From contig CM097884.1 in NCBI GenBank assembly GCA_044892505.1, forward strand, positions 60,140,001 through 60,204,000: a stretch of DNA of 64,000 nt, in the 5' to 3' direction. Below are positions 12,317 to 26,680 of this stretch, one piece after another. Source of the DNA: Schmidtea nova. Taxonomy: Eukaryota. The position numbers were made by a program, and so were the translations under genes. The stretch's first letter is position 1; each line of letters starts with the position of its first letter. The notes beneath the pieces were generated by a model. The model worked only from the letters and a program-made list of their open reading frames with translations. It did no database searches and was not told the origin of the DNA.

Positions 12317-13473
12317 TTAAAATGTCATATTATAGACTTTATTTTAATAATTCGGTTACCTGAAAACAATTTAAATCTATTTGATTACTTATCGCCATCC
12401 GATGAAATTATACTCTTTACCTGCGTTTCAACCTATTTGGTGATAAAGGCACTATAAGAGTTTGTAAAATATCAAATATTTTTATATACATTTGATGAGA
12501 TTAATTAAAAAATTGTAGTATTTGATGTGGATCGAGGACGATGTGGTCATAAAATCACTGGAAATCAATTCCAGATGGAGTCTAGTTTCATAAACAGTAG
12601 GGATAAGAAGCAAATGGGCTCAAAATATGTCTGATATCATAAATCACTTTAAATATCACATTTAAAACTTTATTTTAATCAACCAATAATCGTAAAATCA
12701 AAAGAAATTTGAATCTACTTTTAATATTTTACGAATATTTTCGATAATAATAAATTGAGATGCAGAAGAATCTTGAATTATTTTATTTTTTCATTTTACA
12801 ATTATTGATTGAAATTACGGGGTCTCCACATAAGTTTTCCTTACTTATTATGGAATTTTGTATGAAATTAAGACTTCGGGATCTTTTTCCAGCAGATGAA
12901 GAGAAGAAAATGAGTGAAATATTTCACATGAAAACGATCTAATTCACTTATTCATTTTGAATTATTTATCAACTATTTACCAAGGCAGAACATTCCCAAA
13001 CTGATATATTATGGCTGGAAACGTGTAACGCCTGTCTATGATACTCATGAGAAGATAATCGGTGCTCTTTGTGGTAAATTCGTAACTGATCAAGTCTATT
13101 CTAATTGATTCAAAATGACTCCGGATAAATGGAAGTGGTGTACAAATAATCATGGCAACTATTGTTAACATATAGATAATGCGCCTGAGCTTTCCTCATC
13201 GCTCGGGTTTCCAATTGAGTGATTTATTAATTTTAATTAATTTGTTTTCTCATTAAATATTATCTTAGGACCCCTCACTAAATTATTATTATTATTATTA
13301 TTGGATTTGTCTTTTGATTTAACGTTCAACCAAACCCAATTCCATCAATCAATATTAATTTTTGAACTTTTATTTATTTTGATATGTTGTTCCATTTTGT
13401 ATTAAACCCAACAATATTTACTGTTCAATATTTAATGAAATATTTCTATCTTAAAAAATACAGATACTTCGTA

Positions 13474-14557
13474 CTTCTTGTTGGATATTTTCATTCTCCT
13501 GAATTCTGATTTAATATAAATTATTGAAACAAATTAAGATTTATTCTCGATATAGATTAAATCAAAGTTAACACAGTTAACAAACATTCAAATATAGAAA
13601 TTTTTCAAAATATGAAAAGAGGAAATTCACATTCAATCAAGTAGTTTGAAAATATTTTATGGGTTGCTTTTGAAGGTAAACCTATGCATAAAATAAGGAA
13701 AAAAGTTATCAGATAATCTATGTGAAGTGTTAATATAAAACTTTAAAGATAAAAAAATTAATTTAATAAATATTGATCATAATATTATAAAATTTTAATT
13801 GATTTAAATAAATGACATTAAAATTTGAATTTAAAATATCAAAAGTATTTTATTTCAATTCTAAATAAATTGAAAATATAAAATTTAATCAGTATCTTGA
13901 ATTGGAGAATGTTTAAATCAAATTATCGACGCCATAAAAAATATTCAAATGATATTATTGATTAATATTGTTTGAATTAAATATTTTAAATATAAAATAA
14001 TCTTTTGAAATTAAATATCATTATTATTAAAATCTAATTATGACTAGAGAAGAAAACGAGCACAATGTATATCCTAATCAGAAGATTGGTACCTGAGAGA
14101 CTTACCAGAGGAGACTATGTCGAGAACTTTATCAAGGAATGCCAAAGAATTTTCAAAATGGCGAAATTCCTATAAAATGCAACTAAATCTTGTTATCACA
14201 ATGATGGATAACTAGTTTAAAGAGGAATTCGAAACAGCGAACGGAAAAAAACTAAGAGCAGCGTTTAAAAAACCGACAACGTTTATAGGCGATCTCATTG
14301 AAGTCTTAGAGAGAGGACCATAGTGAGAGGGGATCATATGATAATGTATAATAGGATGAAAGGATTAATTTTTGTCAGAAAGATCACCTATGCATATAGC
14401 TCGTAATACGGGTCGATTTGAATTTGCATAAAACGAAATTTTTTAATATTGACTTCCTAGTTCTAGTTGGATATTTTCATTCTCCTGAATTCTGATTTAA
14501 TATAAATTATTGAAACAAATTAAGATTTATTCTCGAGATAGAATAAATAAAAGTTAA
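13474..14557 (+). repeat. ~95-bp direct repeats (13474-13570, 14461-14557) bracketing a gag-like remnant (~14066-14330)
   Basis: Near-identical ttggatattttcattctcctgaattctg... blocks; the interior frame MYILIRRLVPERLTRGDYVENFIKECQRIFKM resembles a retrotransposon Gag N-terminus. Confidence 0.4.
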
Positions 14558-15321
14558 AACTTTTCAAAATTTATTTTACAAATTAAAATTTTATTTATTA
14601 ATTTTTAATAATAAGAGCATTTTTAAAATTTAAAAACAACTTCTAAATAAAATAAATTAAAATCATTTTGAATAAAAAGCTCTTTTTTCATAAATTTCAA
14701 AACCTATGTGGAGATCCCTTTTATAATCTTACATACAACAGTCGGTACTTCTCAAGGTGAATCTCATTAATCTCATTCATTATGCACTTATTACTCCATA
14801 CTAATATCGTCAATAATGATTCGAATGTTTTGGAAATTTCATACGGATACATATCTTGGTAGTAGTAGCAATTAATCAAGTGAGCTCCTTGATGACTGAA
14901 GTGGAGAATGGTTCCATGCGAACAGTAATTGAACATTGGTTAGTCGATCCTAAGCGAACTGGTAACTCAGTTATCAGGTGAAGGCGATAGACATTAGCAA
15001 TAGTGTTTATGTTCGACTCATTTGCCTTCTGAAGCGAAAGGGAATCAGTTTAATAATACTGAACTTGAAATGCAAATTTCGTTGTTTCGGCTACACAAGG
15101 TGGTAACACAAAAAAGCGATCAAAAGCAAAATACAAGCAAATAAGAACAATTTTGCATTTCTTGTGCCAAAAAAATTAGCAGGTACCCGAAACGTTTCAG
15201 TTGATTAATAATTTAATATTGAATTAAATTTCCGCGGTGATTTTTAAAAAACAATTTCCCTGGAGGCAGGCATGTAAATAAATATCCTATATTGATGCCG
15301 GAATTGGATTGCCATTAGCTA

Positions 15322-15749
15322 TTAAATAAAAGTACATCTCACTTTCATAATAATCTTTTCAATAATATCAAAATCGATGTTGCGTTTATAACTCAAACAA
15401 AATAAGCTCAATCCCATTTGTGGACGAATTATTTGGCCATATGCATCTTGTATAACGCAACCATTGTCTCGGTCGTATTTCTTCACTAAATATTTTGAAT
15501 TCTCAAGTAATTGCCATCCTTCACAATCTTTCCAGAGTGGATATGTACAGAAGAAATATGATTTTGTTCCAGATTTCAGTGCAGAAATGACCTTATTTGA
15601 CGCATCCTCTAACACCGCATTAATAAACGGAGGATTAATTGACCAACCCCCAGGGTAATCTGCCAAATTTATGTCGAAAAAATTTCCAAGGCTACCAAAT
15701 TGAGAATCGATTTCTGGGAATAAACTACAGAATCGGCAATTTTGTAAAG
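15322..15749 (-). CDS. PCIF1-like: 3' (catalytic) coding exon of a PCIF1/CAPAM-family adenine-N6 methyltransferase
   Basis: The frame extends upstream of the listed ORF to an AG acceptor (15750-15751): (CT) LQNCRFCSLFPEIDSQFGSLGNFFDINLADYPGGWSINPPFINAVLEDA...YFFCTYPLWKD. This matches the PCIF1 YCSAFPDTD..FGSRG...ANPPF...FIPEW motifs; NPPF at 15625-15636; TAA at 15322. Confidence 0.85.
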
Positions 15750-16783
15750 CTTAAATAATAAATCAAATAAATTTTTTTTAAAGAGGATTGATTTTAAAAA
15801 TTTTTATTTGTAATAAATTAAAATTTTCATTAATTTAGATTAGTCATGACGAGATAGTGACTTGTGTATCATTTACAGCACATTGTACTTTATTTCACAG
15901 TACTGGACAAAACTGCGGATAATCTCTTATTTTAAAAAAATAAAAGTTTTAATTAAAATATTTTCCCAAATCAATTTTAGTTACCTAATCATATACTTAA
16001 GTTTAACAAAATGTATTTTGATGATTTTCTATGTATTTCTATGCTATCAAACTATAATATGAAGACATTTTGTGAGGATGTTTAAAATATTACGTCATAA
16101 TCAGAATTGAATATTATATAATGGATATCAGAATTTTATCCACAGAAGTTTGTTTTTTATTGATATAGGGACAAATGCAATTAAAAAGTAACATAATTTT
16201 CTAATTTATATTATGTTGTATATTTTAAATAAGTAAATATTAATTATATGTTATTTTTTTGTATTTAAACAATTTTATTCTAATATCGGATAAACTGAAT
16301 ATCAAAAAATCGAGTGTTGGACACTGTATATAGAGGCTTGATAAAATGAATTCCATAATTTTAAATCGACCTGATGCCAAGAAGATATAATTAACTTAAC
16401 TCGCTGGCTTTGTAATTTGCAGCAGAATGTAAATCACCAGCACTAATTTGTGAAATTTAAGAATTTGTCTCTTGAAGAAATCAGCTAAACTTTTTTTAAA
16501 TTTATTATTTAGGTAATATTCATATCATATTAAGAAATCATAAAATCATCTAAAACTTTAAATATTATCGATATGAAATAAATTAATAAGAAAATAAGCC
16601 TTTGCTGCAAAAAACAATTTTATAATCGAAAATTTTAATAAAATTATTTTTGCATCAAAGGCTTATTTTTTTACTTATTAATTTATTTAATGCTTAATGC
16701 TGCTACCAGGGAATCACCATTTTATACTATTATCGATATAATTTGCACTTATTAAATACACTTCTTAAATTATTTTATAAATA

Positions 16784-16890
16784 CCGTATATACTCGTGTA
16801 TAAGCCGATCCGTATATAAGCCGAAGTGAGTTTTTATAGTCAATTTTTTGTCCAAAATCAAGTACCCGTATATAAGCCGAGGTAAAAAAA
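16784..16890 (+). mobile_element. Tc1/mariner-pogo-type TIR end fragment
   Basis: TA|CCGTATATACTCGTGTATAAGCCGA with internal repeats of gtatataagccga; opposite end not found. Confidence 0.55.
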
Positions 16891-17285
16891 TAGCTAAAAT
16901 CTGACGAATTATTTAAATAATCACAAAATCTTGTTTTTGACATGTGCACAATTTGAGAAATTCACAATTGAGCAACATGTTAGACAAAAAATTGTTTTTT
17001 GGGAAAATTTTTATTTCAAAGTATATGTAAATAATTCAACAATAATAATTTAATTAAATAATAATGCGATGTCAAAAATTTCAAAATAACTGAATACAGA
17101 GAAGAGAGAATATTTAATTCACAAAAATAATAATTAATATAAAATTGATTAAATAAATATTTTTAATCTTACAAGAGTGTTAAATTAAATATGATTTTTT
17201 AAATTAAAATTAATGTTTTTTTGGCTGGCAAAAAATATTGGTTAATGTTTTAATTTTTCATTCAAGTTTACACTAAGTTTGCAAT

Positions 17286-18164
17286 ATGTTCTTACAATTT
17301 TTTTATTTTACAATCGATCAGGCACTAAATGCACTAGATGCTAGGTTTGGACATCTTAGTAATCATAGTAACTATTTTCAATTTTTATACAACATATACG
17401 ATTTAAATACCATGTCCAAAGAAATGCTACTAAAACACAGTAAGAATTTAGAATCTATTTTAACTGATGGTGATTCTGTTGACATAAATGGGGTAGAACT
17501 AGCTGTGGAAATTTCAGCAGTATCTGCTCTTTTGGGCAAAAAAGAAAGTCCGAGCAATGTACTGAGCTTAATTACAAAGTTAAATTTTGCCCCAAATCTT
17601 TCTATTGCTTTAAGAATATTGCTAACGATACCCATTACTGTAGCTAGTGGCGAAAGGAGTTTCTCTAAATTAAAATTAATTAAGAACTTTTTACGTTCGA
17701 CTACTACACAGAATCGTCTTAATGGTTTGGCCATTTTGTCAATTGAGCATGAAATTGAGCATGAAATTAGTAAATTTAAAAGATGTAATAAAAAAGTTTG
17801 CAGAACTGAAAGTAAGAAAAATAAGTTATTTGTGATTTCAGCGTTAGTTGCTGTTACCTTGTTTTATTTTCAAAAGAATGGCATTTTGATTGTTTGTGCA
17901 TTAATTCAATTTAATAGCATATGAAAATGTAAAAAATTATTTGGTTTAAGTAGTGATATTTCTTAATTTCTACTGTTTTGTGCTGCTTGATAATCAATGT
18001 TATGTTATATGTTTTCTATTATTAAAATTTATATAAAATTATTTGGTTTTTATTGAAAATAAAAAATAGGTACATTTTTTTTAAAATTAAATATTAATAT
18101 ATATTCTTAAGGGGCGGCAATTTGTCTTTTTGTCCGGGCGGCGTAATCGCTAGAGCGGGCCCTG
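17286..18164 (+). mobile_element. hAT transposon 3' fragment (C-terminal dimerisation domain + right end)
   Basis: ORF 17286-17924 contains PNLSIALRILLTIPITVASGERSFSKLKLIKNFLRSTTTQNRLNGLAILSIE (hATC signature). GC-rich terminus ends ...GCGGGCCCTG at 18164. No left end. Confidence 0.85.
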
Positions 18165-18869
18165 GTGGTTATAAGGGCTGTATTCGTTCTCGAGAAAACG
18201 TAAAATTAAAATTTCGTTTAAAACTTCGAACCGAACTGTATATCATATTACAGATTCCGTAAATGGAATTCTGGCGGGTTAGTTTTTATTAAAGTTTTGA
18301 TATTAATCATTTTTTTTGAAAAAGAAAATTACCAAATTTGATATTCATGATAGTAAGGTACCAAGCTGCAGTAGAGTAAAGTTTTACATAACTATGGACT
18401 TGGTTAATCTATTATTTTAAAAAATTGTTTTAAAAGTTTTATTAAAAAATAATTCTAAAATCATTTTTAGTGACATAATTATTAGAGCTTGTCCACTTAA
18501 TCTCTAACAATCACAATTTGGCATATTATAAGGGCAATTGGCCGCCCATTTGAATGTTCGGATTAGGAATTTAGAATACTAACCAAATTCGACATTACTC
18601 TGACTCTACAACAAAATATCAATTCCAAAAACAGATATATAATTATTTTATGTGACTATGTATGTCAACAAACATCAACTGAAAGTTTCAAAGATTATAC
18701 TACTAGTAAATACATGCCATTAGTAACTGGCTGACAATCGATATCGGCTCCACAATCGATACAATCTGGGAAAATGCAATCGGTCAAGATTTAAAAATTA
18801 AGTTTAAAAAAACAAAAAAAATATTTAATATTTTTGAAATTTATCATACAATCACTTTATCAACATAAT

Positions 18870-19915
18870 TGATTATGTATTTACGTATTTAGTAACTTTT
18901 TTGGTTACATAACGCATTAAAATGTAATAATTTTCATAAAAACTGATTTTTTATAAAGAACTGGTAATTTCATATGTAAATTTTAATTCAATTCCAAAAT
19001 TTTACACGTAAAAATGGTCGCCTCTCATATTTCCCATAATAAAATTAAAAAGTTTCACATGTTAAATTAAAAGTCAAAAGTTTCGACTACCATTTCTCAA
19101 AAATAAAATCGGTAAATTCAAAGCAAAAATACTATCACAAAAACGGTAAACTCGGGTAAAGTTAAAAAAGGTTATAAAATCTTAAAATCAAGTCTCAAGC
19201 AAAAATATCAAATTCAAGTCACAATTAAAAAGTCTTTATACTCATTCTCAAAGGAAAAGCTTAAAAGCCAAGTCTTTAGCAAAAGCATAATTTTCAATTC
19301 TCGAGTAAAAAGCCTATAATTTCAAGTCTCAATTGACAAATCTAAAACATCCATCTCAATTAAAAGTGTGTTAAAACTATCGACAAAAAAGAGTAAAAAA
19401 TAATAAAAGAGAAAATATATAATCCTAAAAAAATTTATCTTACTAACATAAGTAGTTCAAATCAAAAGTTAAATTCAATTGTAAAAGATTACTAAAAAAT
19501 GTAAGTCTAAAAAATTGTCAAATGTAAAAATTTTAATTAAAATGTATCGAAAGGAAAATCGGAAATTTCAAATAAAAATATTATTTGCGTTATAAAAGTT
19601 TAACCCTTTTTACTTGAGAGTTTACTGGAAATCTGAGAGCTGACCGTTTTTATGAATTTAACGCATGAGTCTTTTTACTTGAAAATTTAACGTGTGAGTC
19701 TTAACTAGAGAATTTTACCGTGTTGTAAGTTTTTACATGAGAATTTTTAATTTACTTTTGGGAAATATGAGTCGAGGCCTTTTACGTGTAAAATTATGGA
19801 ACCAATTTTTACATAAAATGTTTTATAAAAAATTGATTATTATTGAAAAATTTTAAAATTTAATGTTACGAAATTATAATTATGATTACGTATCCAGAGA
19901 AATGATTACATGACT
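18870..19915. repeat. Foldback-like element with long imperfect inverted arms
   Basis: ~18990-19070 (ttttacacgtaaaa...tcatatttccca) is the reverse complement of ~19735-19800, with weaker similarity outward; interior has degenerate short repeats. Confidence 0.45.
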
Positions 19916-22462
19916 ANNNNNNNNNNNNNNNNNNNNNNNNNNNNNNNNNNNNNNNNNNNNNNNNNNNNNNNNNNNNNNNNNNNNNNNNNNNNNNNNNNNN
20001 NNNNNNNNNNNNNNNNNNNNNNNNNNNNNNNNNNNNNNNNNNNNNNNNNNNNNNNTTGGAAAATAGTTATGTAATGTATTTTTAAATTATATTTATATAT
20101 TGTGTAATTTTTGTAAAACACTATAAATTTTTAAGGAGTTTGCTGAGTTTTCACGGGGTTGAGGGATAAATGGCTTGAAAATCAACTGTGCACATTGCCT
20201 TCCTCTAGAAAAATAAAAGTTCACTGTAACTCTTAATAATATTTAATTCAAAATCTTTTGGAGTGGAGTAGCTAGCAAATATTAAGTTGAAAATGAATAC
20301 AATAATATTAAATCGACGAAATAAAGATACAAGATAATTAAATAATTAAAATAATCTTGACATAAATCATTTATTTTTGAAAAAGAAAATCTGACGGACA
20401 CGATAGCAACTTATCAAGCTGACAATTAAATTTCTGGGAGTTCATTTATAAGCTCTTGCTAGTTTTCCAAGAAAAAAATACTCCTTAACTATTTTTGAAA
20501 ATACTAATTATAATTTGTGCCATAATTCTATTATTAATCAAACCATAGATCCTAGCACTAAAAGACAAGTTAGCTAAAATTCTTTTTCATTTGATCGAAT
20601 ATTGTTAATATAATTAAATACAAATTTCTCTTCCCCTAATTATCCGAATGTAATACATTCTGTGTTCCAGTAGATTACTGAAAATAAAGTTAATTTTACT
20701 CCAAAATATCATGATGTATTTACTCACATTCAACCAAGATAATTTAGTTAGAATACGATTCACGGTAACAATTAACAACTTAAACAATTGTAATTTTTAA
20801 TTATCGCTCGATTAAAATGATACAAACTTTTTTAATATATGTGACAATAAAAGAATAAGAAATTCAGTAAATGTATAAATTTACCGTAAATTATACTTTC
20901 ATTGGAAAATATAAAATTTTAAGAAATTATAATATTTTATGTCGTAATGTTTTAATTATGTTCATTGTTAAAAAAGATACCATAAGGTAACAATGCGAGG
21001 ATACTATTAAAAGCGATGGATCTGAGAAATCTACAATAAATGCAACAACTTGAAACGATGTAGCTATAATAAATGTTAATATTAATATGAATTTTATCAA
21101 TGGGGATTAAAAAACAAAAATGTAATAGAAAATATTAACAAGGAAACTTTTCAATCCATCTTACCAAAGTTTATTATAAAAAAATAAAGATATCAAAATA
21201 AAATTTAATTAATAAAAAATTTAATTTCCGAGAATTTTTAAACTAATAGTTTTACAGACCAGTAGTAAATAATCATTTTGAGAAAGTCATACATTTAATT
21301 GAACCCAGAAATTTTAATTCTTGGCGTATTTGTTATTAGACAAAATTACAATTCAAACAAATACCAATTTCTCTAACATTTCCCGCTAGTTTATGAAAAA
21401 ACAAATATTTTAGTTTCCTTGAAAAAAACTTAATGAAATATCACAAGAATTTATTGTAATATGTTGGTAAATTTTAATTTTATATGCGAGGTATTAAAAT
21501 ATTTAATAAATATAGCATTAATTTCATACAATCAAACGTAAATATTTATTATTATAACAATTAGCGGTTATCGTGTTCAACTCATGTTTTCATATCAAAT
21601 AAATAAAAATAAGTCACAAAAATTTATTCTATAAAAACTTGTAAAAATAAATTTTGGTCTTATTTTATTTTTCTTGAGACATTTCTAAAAATAATTCAAA
21701 GAGCAATTTGATATTAAAATTTCATACTCGTTATTATTTTATAAGACTTCCAATGCTATATTTCCATTTTAAAATTAAATATACCATTCAGTTAATTGGT
21801 TTTTCACATTAAAATGCTTTTTAAAACAAATTTTGAACTCTTAAATAAATTCTTGAATTTCNNNNNNNNNNNNNNNNNNNNNNNNNNNNNNNNNNNNNNN
21901 NNNNNNNNNNNNNNNNNNNNNNNNNNNNNNNNNNNNNNNNNNNNNNNNNNNNNNNNNNNNNNNNNNNNNNNNNNNNNNNNNNNNNNNNNNNNNNNNNNNN
22001 NNNNNNNNNNNATCTTTTCTTTAATTCAATAATTTTCATATTAATTTTTGAAAGACAAAAATTTTGTTTTTCTTGATAGGTACACGATATTTCGGCGTGC
22101 CTTAAAAAATTAGATCTAAAGTCTTACAAAAATTAACGAAAGTTTTAATAGTTTTTTTTAAAATTAATTCACGCAGAAATCATTAATAATTATTTACCAA
22201 TCTGTGTTTAATCAAATTCAGATTTGTTTATATATAATATAAAATATTTGAAATTAGTTAATTGGCTGATATGTTGTAAAATAAACTGTAAAATAAAAAA
22301 ACCAAACTTTAATTAATTAAATAAAATTAAGATTCTAATAAAATTAAAAAAAATTTAAATTAATAAAATTTAAAAAAATTAATAAAATTAAAAATAAAAT
22401 TAATAAAATTAAATAAAAAATAAAATTAATAAAATAATAATAATTAATAATAATAATAATAA

Positions 22463-22938
22463 AAAATAATTAAAACCAAACGCCAATCCAAATATATATT
22501 TTGCACAATATATTTCGAAAACTTAATTCTCTTCATCAGGTGCTACCCAATCTTACATCCAAATATAAATCAAATAAATCGATTTTCGTCAAACGAATTA
22601 GTATTAATTTTTAAAATAAAATATATTTTTTAAATTCCATATTATAGTTAAAAAATTTAAATCGATTAAAATTTTTTTTTAATTTAAATAAATTAATCTT
22701 AAAAATATAATATTCTTTTATTTTTATACAAAAAAATATTTTTTTAAGAATATATTATAAATATTTCCATATTTATAAACAACGGAATGATTGAAAACGA
22801 AATTCATAATCATCAATTGAAAATGCTCTAAAACTCCATATTTATAAAGATTGGGTAGCACCTGATGAAGAGAATTAAGTTCTCGAAATATATTGTGCAA
22901 AATATATATTTGGATTGGCGTTTGGTTTTAATTATTTT
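22463..22938. repeat. 92-bp inverted repeat pair (22463-22554 / 22847-22938), foldback MITE-like
   Basis: aaaataattaaaaccaaacgccaatcc...tgctacccaatctt and its reverse complement, one mismatch seen; ~290-bp AT-rich spacer. Confidence 0.8.
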
Positions 22939-24151
22939 AGTGCCATGCTTGTTGTGTTATATATTAATAATAATTAATAAAAAATATAAAATTAAAAAGA
23001 TTCTAATAAAATTAAGATTCTAAATAAAATTAATTAAGTTTGGTTTATTTATTTTACACCACAAAATACAGAATATTATCTTTTTGCACATAGGTGATCA
23101 TTAACATATCATTATTAAGAGGAATTATTTTAATATTCGCTTATATATTATTGATTTAAATTAAAGTAGTGTCCGCATTTGATAGGAATGCTTCAATTAA
23201 TATGACTTATCAAATAGATTGTTTTTGCCGTATTATTTGTTTATCGTTGATTTAATATAGAATAAAAATTAATGACTTTATTTCATCGTTTCTACAGTAG
23301 TTTACACGGCACTTAACCAATTCTTGATGGTTAAATAGTTGCCGACTTATTTCCTAACCTTGAGAACGAGGATTGGTACATAATTTAAAAATATAAAGGA
23401 ATACAAAAAAACTAGTTGTATATTTTTTCTCTGCTTTTTCGGAAGCTTGGTATTAAATCTCTCTTTAAATTTAGTTATATTTTTAGATTCGATGATTATT
23501 GCCCACACGAAAAATGCCCACACGAAAAATGCCCACACGAAAATTGCCCACAAGGAAAAATGCCCACATAGACAAATGCCCACATAGAAAAATGCCCACA
23601 CGAAAAATTATTTTAAATATAAAAATTAAATTAAAATAAATAGAGAAAAAATCAAAAATTATATTCTATCTAGGAGATAATCTATTAGTGATTTAAAATA
23701 AAATATTAAAATGTATCAACAATAAATTTACAAATTTTACAATTTAAAATCATTTTTATATTTAAAATACTTAAGATCGCTTTGCTACTATACGATACAA
23801 TACATCAGTGTTCTTCCACCTGTGTTCCGCGGAATCCTTGGGTTCAAAATTCATTGTTATTGTGTTTGTAAATAACAATGAATATTGTTTTACTAAAGAG
23901 GTAAACATTTTATTACAGAATAATAAGATAATAATTCTAGGAATATCTAAAATAATCAAATGTTACTGAGTAATTGTGGGTTTTTTTTTAAAAAAATTAA
24001 AAAGAAACAATCTGATTGTGGGCAGGATTAATGGAGGTAAAAAATTAAAAAACAAAAATAGTGAAAAGGAGATAAAAAAATTGTTTAAAAAAAATAAAAA
24101 TTTTAATTCATTATATTCTACTTCTACTTAATACAAATATACATTTTAAAT

Positions 24152-25493
24152 TTATTGTAAATTAGCCAACTTTCTTAAGTATACAATTTTATCTTCTGTT
24201 GTACTATATTGTTGCACAATAGTAGATACCGAATCAGCTAATTTTTGGTATTTCCTATTTTTAATTTAAGGACGACCCGTTTCTGCGTTAGCTAGTGTCA
24301 ATCTATGGCAAGCTATATCTCGCTGCAATCCATCAAATAGAAACCAAATGCTGGGATGACTACAGTGGAATAAAGAATTCAATGCATTATGAAATCCCTG
24401 ACAGCAATTCGTTGTTTTCGGTGATTTCTCCAAAGCTGAATCATAATGATTCCACAATTCAATAGAGAACAGCGGATTTCTACCAGCTGCACCCTCAATA
24501 TATGTGCCAAAAAATATGTCAGTATTTCACTATAATTCTCTTCTTCCGGATAAGTTGCTGCAAGCTTAGTAAATACTGATCTAACATCAGATGGAGGCAC
24601 AAATGACAATGCTGCTAATGATTTCAGCTTTAGTTTCATATCCAGGTTGTTTTCAAAAGTAGTTTTTAGACCAACAGAACTAATTTTTCTTGTTATACTT
24701 TGGGCCAAATGAAAATAACAGCCTCTCATATCAGTCTGTGGAAATGCAATTCTGGCTGCATTCATCGCTGCTTTCTCAAAATCTAGTAATATTCTTTCAG
24801 GTGCCAAATTTGGTAGCAAGTTCTTAAATATTTCAAACATTTTTTTGTATGTATCTCCGTTTTTTTTAACAAAAAATAAATACAAGGTGGATAAGAATTA
24901 CCAACCTGAGCATGCCAAGTATAAAGTTGATAAAACATGCTTGGAACTTTATCAAAAGTTCCATCTCCGAATATTGTATCTTTATTTAATTCTTTTAAGA
25001 GATAAATATCTCCTAAAACCAGAATTCTGTCTGGATCACTTGCACCTGAATCATGAAGCACTAGCTCGGTGTATTTATCTGGAATTTCAAAATTTGTATC
25101 TTTAGGTACTGGTAAATGTCCATCTCTTCTAAAATTCAGTAGACTTCGTGATATTGAAGTTTTTTTCGGCATAAACGCTAGTGCTTCACTGCTCACTTCT
25201 AATAAAATACTCCCCATTACATTTCTAGGAGTAGCACCAATTGATGTCATCGCATCCTGCATTTTTTTCTTTGCTAAATTGCATTCTATTTTTTGTGGGC
25301 ATGATTCATGGCAATGTTGCGTTGGTTGATTTACAATATTGCCATCTTTAGTTTTTATGATGGAATGACAGTTTATAATGCGATGTTGCCTGCATCTCCA
25401 AGTCAAAACTCCATTTGTTGTACGGAAATAGATATACTCAAACCCAGAGTAAATTAAAACTTGATTGCCTCTCTGCGTACTAGAATATTCCAT
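24152..25493 (-). pseudogene. FLYWCH + MULE transposase, disrupted
   Basis: N-terminal FLYWCH-like ..GFEY...TWRC...C....H.H; DGTF..P...QLYT; GCYFHLAQS; TTNCCQGFHN (Q at the expected catalytic E). One-base frameshifts at homopolymers ~24860-24867 and ~24509-24514; premature TAA 24266-24268; terminal TAA 24152. Confidence 0.85.
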
Positions 25494-25709
25494 TCTCAGA
25501 CCTTTTAAAATATTTTAAAAAATATCGTTAGAAAATTATGGTATCAAAAGTATTATATTAACAAAAGAGAATTTAAATATTACATACCTTATAATTGTTT
25601 TTTTATATATTCACAAATTTTCAATATATGTATTTCCCTAGATAAAATATAATTTTTGATTTTTTCTCTATTTATTTTAATTTAATTTTTATATTTAAAA
25701 TAATTTTTC

Positions 25710-26295
25710 GTGTGGGCATTTTTCTATGTGGGCATTTTTCCTTGTGGGCATTTTTCTATGTGGGCATTTGTCTATGTGGGCATTTTTCCTTGTGGGCATT
25801 ATTCTGTGTGGGCATTATTCTGTGTGGGCATTTTTCCTTGTGGGCATTATTCTATGTGGGCATTTTTCCTTGTGGGCATTTTTCTATGTGGGCATTTGTC
25901 TATGTGGGCATTTTTCCTTGTGGGCATTATTCTGTGTGGGCATTTTTCCTTGTGGGCATTTTTCTATGTGGGCATTTTTCTATGTGGGCATTTGTCTATG
26001 TGGGCATTTTTCCTTGTGGGCATTATTCTGTGTGGGCATTTTTTCTTGTGGGCATTATTCTGTGTGGGCATTTTTCCTTGTGGGCATTTTTCTATGTGGG
26101 CATTTTTCCTTGTGGGCATTTTTCTATGTGGGCATTTTTCCTTGTGGGCATTATTCTGTGTGGGCATTTTCCTTGTGGGCATTATTCTGTGTGGGCATTA
26201 TTCTGTGTGGGCATTAATCGTGTGCGCAATACTATATTGTGGGCAATTTTCTGTGGGTAATTTTCGTGTGGGCATTTTTTGTGTGGGCAATAATC
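25710..26295 (+). repeat. Minisatellite array (~38-40 units of TGTGGGCATT.TT...) forming the right TIR; 7 units in the left TIR (23494-23610)
   Basis: Directly visible tandem repeat; it explains the repetitive ORFs listed in several frames. Confidence 0.95.
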
Positions 26296-26680
26296 CGATC
26301 ACGATATTTTTAAGCTCAGGGATGTTGAGAATAAAGATATCCCTAAAAATAGTAACTGATGTCTGTACTTTTAAAAATAGAAATTTGTTGATCAAAAACA
26401 AATAATGTTGACAAATGATACGCTTTGCCACTCAGAATGAAGAGCAACAAAAATAGTATTTTAACAAACATTTTCCTCATAAAATCTTCGCTTAAGAAGA
26501 ATTTTTTAGTTGTTATCGACTATTGAAAATTAAATTCAAGCATACAATATATTGAGGTCAGAAACGCATTCGAGAACACACACACTCACTATTATATTAT
26601 ATAATCTTTGTTCATATTGTTCATATTCATTACTCTGAATATGGCAACTTTCAAAGAATATTTGGTGATATGTGGATGTT

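Larger units (their letters stand above)
23494..26295 (-). mobile_element. Phantom-type Mutator (MULE) DNA transposon with foldback TIRs built of 15-16-bp tandem units
   Basis: Ends GATTATTGCCCACAC... / ...GTGTGGGCAATAATC. Each TIR = TGTGGGCATT-core tandem array + ~75-bp inner unique arm (23600-23674 vs 25637-25710). FLYWCH-MULE transposase inside. No clean 9-bp TSD found. Confidence 0.85.

Noticed and set aside
12960-13200. Possible Tc1/IS630-type transposase remnant (GAL...DNA motif)
   Set aside because: Too short and degraded to support a call.
15322-15666. Stand-alone 114-aa protein starting at TTG
   Set aside because: The frame and conserved motifs extend 27 codons upstream to a splice acceptor; it is a 3' exon.
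24500-24870. Programmed -1 frameshifting, or an intact Phantom transposase masked by homopolymer errors
   Set aside because: Both shifts are at homopolymers, but a premature TAA (24266) and Gln at the expected catalytic Glu also occur, so the copy is most simply a pseudogene.
25710-26295. CRISPR-like array
   Set aside because: Units are contiguous with no unique spacers, there are no cas genes, and the context is eukaryotic; it is a transposon TIR.
25710-26431. Several long ORFs on both strands (CGHF/WAFF/VGIF repeats)
   Set aside because: They are stop-free translations of the 15-16-bp TIR minisatellite, open in all frames; not genes.
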